From IMG/VR virus record IMGVR_UViG_3300011480_000001, positions 27,263 through 91,262 of that record: DNA of 64,000 nt, one strand, 5' to 3'. This DNA comes from a virus (Duplodnaviria; Caudoviricetes). Positions 63,599-64,000 of this stretch are shown here, piece after piece; position 1 is the first letter of the stretch, and each line of letters opens with the position of its first letter. A program made the position numbers and the translations under genes. The notes under the pieces are model-generated. The model had not been told where the DNA came from. It made no database searches and was given only the letters and a program-made list of their open reading frames with translations.

Positions 63599-64000
63599 TT
63601 GAAAGTCAAAGTAAAACGTCTGTATGAATCCGCTAAACTACCAACTTACGCAACTGAAGGTAGTGGTTGTTTTGATATTTACACGATGCTAAATGGTGAC
63701 GTTGAAGACAACGATCCTCATGTATTTTCTACTGGGTTAGCTTTTGAAATTCCAGAAGATCATGTTATGCTTGTGCTTAGTCGTAGTGGTCATGGATTTA
63801 AACATGACGTTCGTTTGAGTAATTGCGTTGGTGTGATTGATTCAGACTATCGTGGTGAGCTTAAAGTAAAGCTTACTTGTGATAAGCTCAATTGGGGTCT
63901 TGATATTGCAGCAGGAGAACGAGTTGCACAAGGTATGATTATCCCAATTGAAAAAGTAGAATTTGAAGAAGTTCGAGAGTTGTCAGAAACTGTACGTGGT
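63599..64000 (+). CDS. dut: Trimeric dUTPase (partial, runs off the window)
   Basis: LPTYATEGSGCFD, SRSG, GVIDSDYRGE, GERVAQ and TVRG motifs; TTG start after AAGGAG. Confidence 0.93.
   Translation, partial: MKVKVKRLYESAKLPTYATEGSGCFDIYTMLNGDVEDNDPHVFSTGLAFEIPEDHVMLVLSRSGHGFKHDVRLSNCVGVIDSDYRGELKVKLTCDKLNWGLDIAAGERVAQGMIIPIEKVEFEEVRELSETVRG

Overview
A 64-kb slice of a lytic tailed dsDNA phage genome: dense small ORFs, AGGAG-type RBSs and near-consensus sigma70 promoters. A gammaproteobacterial host such as Pseudomonas is plausible but cannot be established from the sequence. There are four transcription blocks. (1) 1-11.2 kb, minus strand: head and packaging module (major capsid N-terminus, head decoration, S49 prohead protease/scaffold, portal, free-standing HNH-NUMOD3 endonuclease, TerL split by an ORF-less group I intron in its Walker A codons, TerS), then an RNA-rich region (two tRNAs, a tRNA-like RNA without a D-arm, several structured non-coding segments, three hairpins displaying anti-Shine-Dalgarno loops), an HNH gene and a stand-alone family-A-polymerase-like gene. 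(2) 11.4-27.9 kb, plus strand: accessory genes including PhoH, a ClpP-like peptidase, dCMP deaminase, an LMW-PTP-like phosphatase and two HNH genes. (3) 28.3-46.5 kb, minus strand: early/host-takeover region with many promoters, a C5 DNA methyltransferase and a deaminase-fold protein. (4) 47.1-64 kb, plus strand: replication and nucleotide metabolism (nucleotidyltransferase, primase-helicase, family B DNA polymerase, SSB, 5'-3' exonuclease, phosphoesterase, dNTP diphosphohydrolase, deoxyribonucleotidase, dUTPase). The most striking unexplained content is the set of structured non-coding RNAs at 5.6-8.8, 32.5 and 46.6-46.9 kb. All structures and alignments were worked out by eye; no searches were run.
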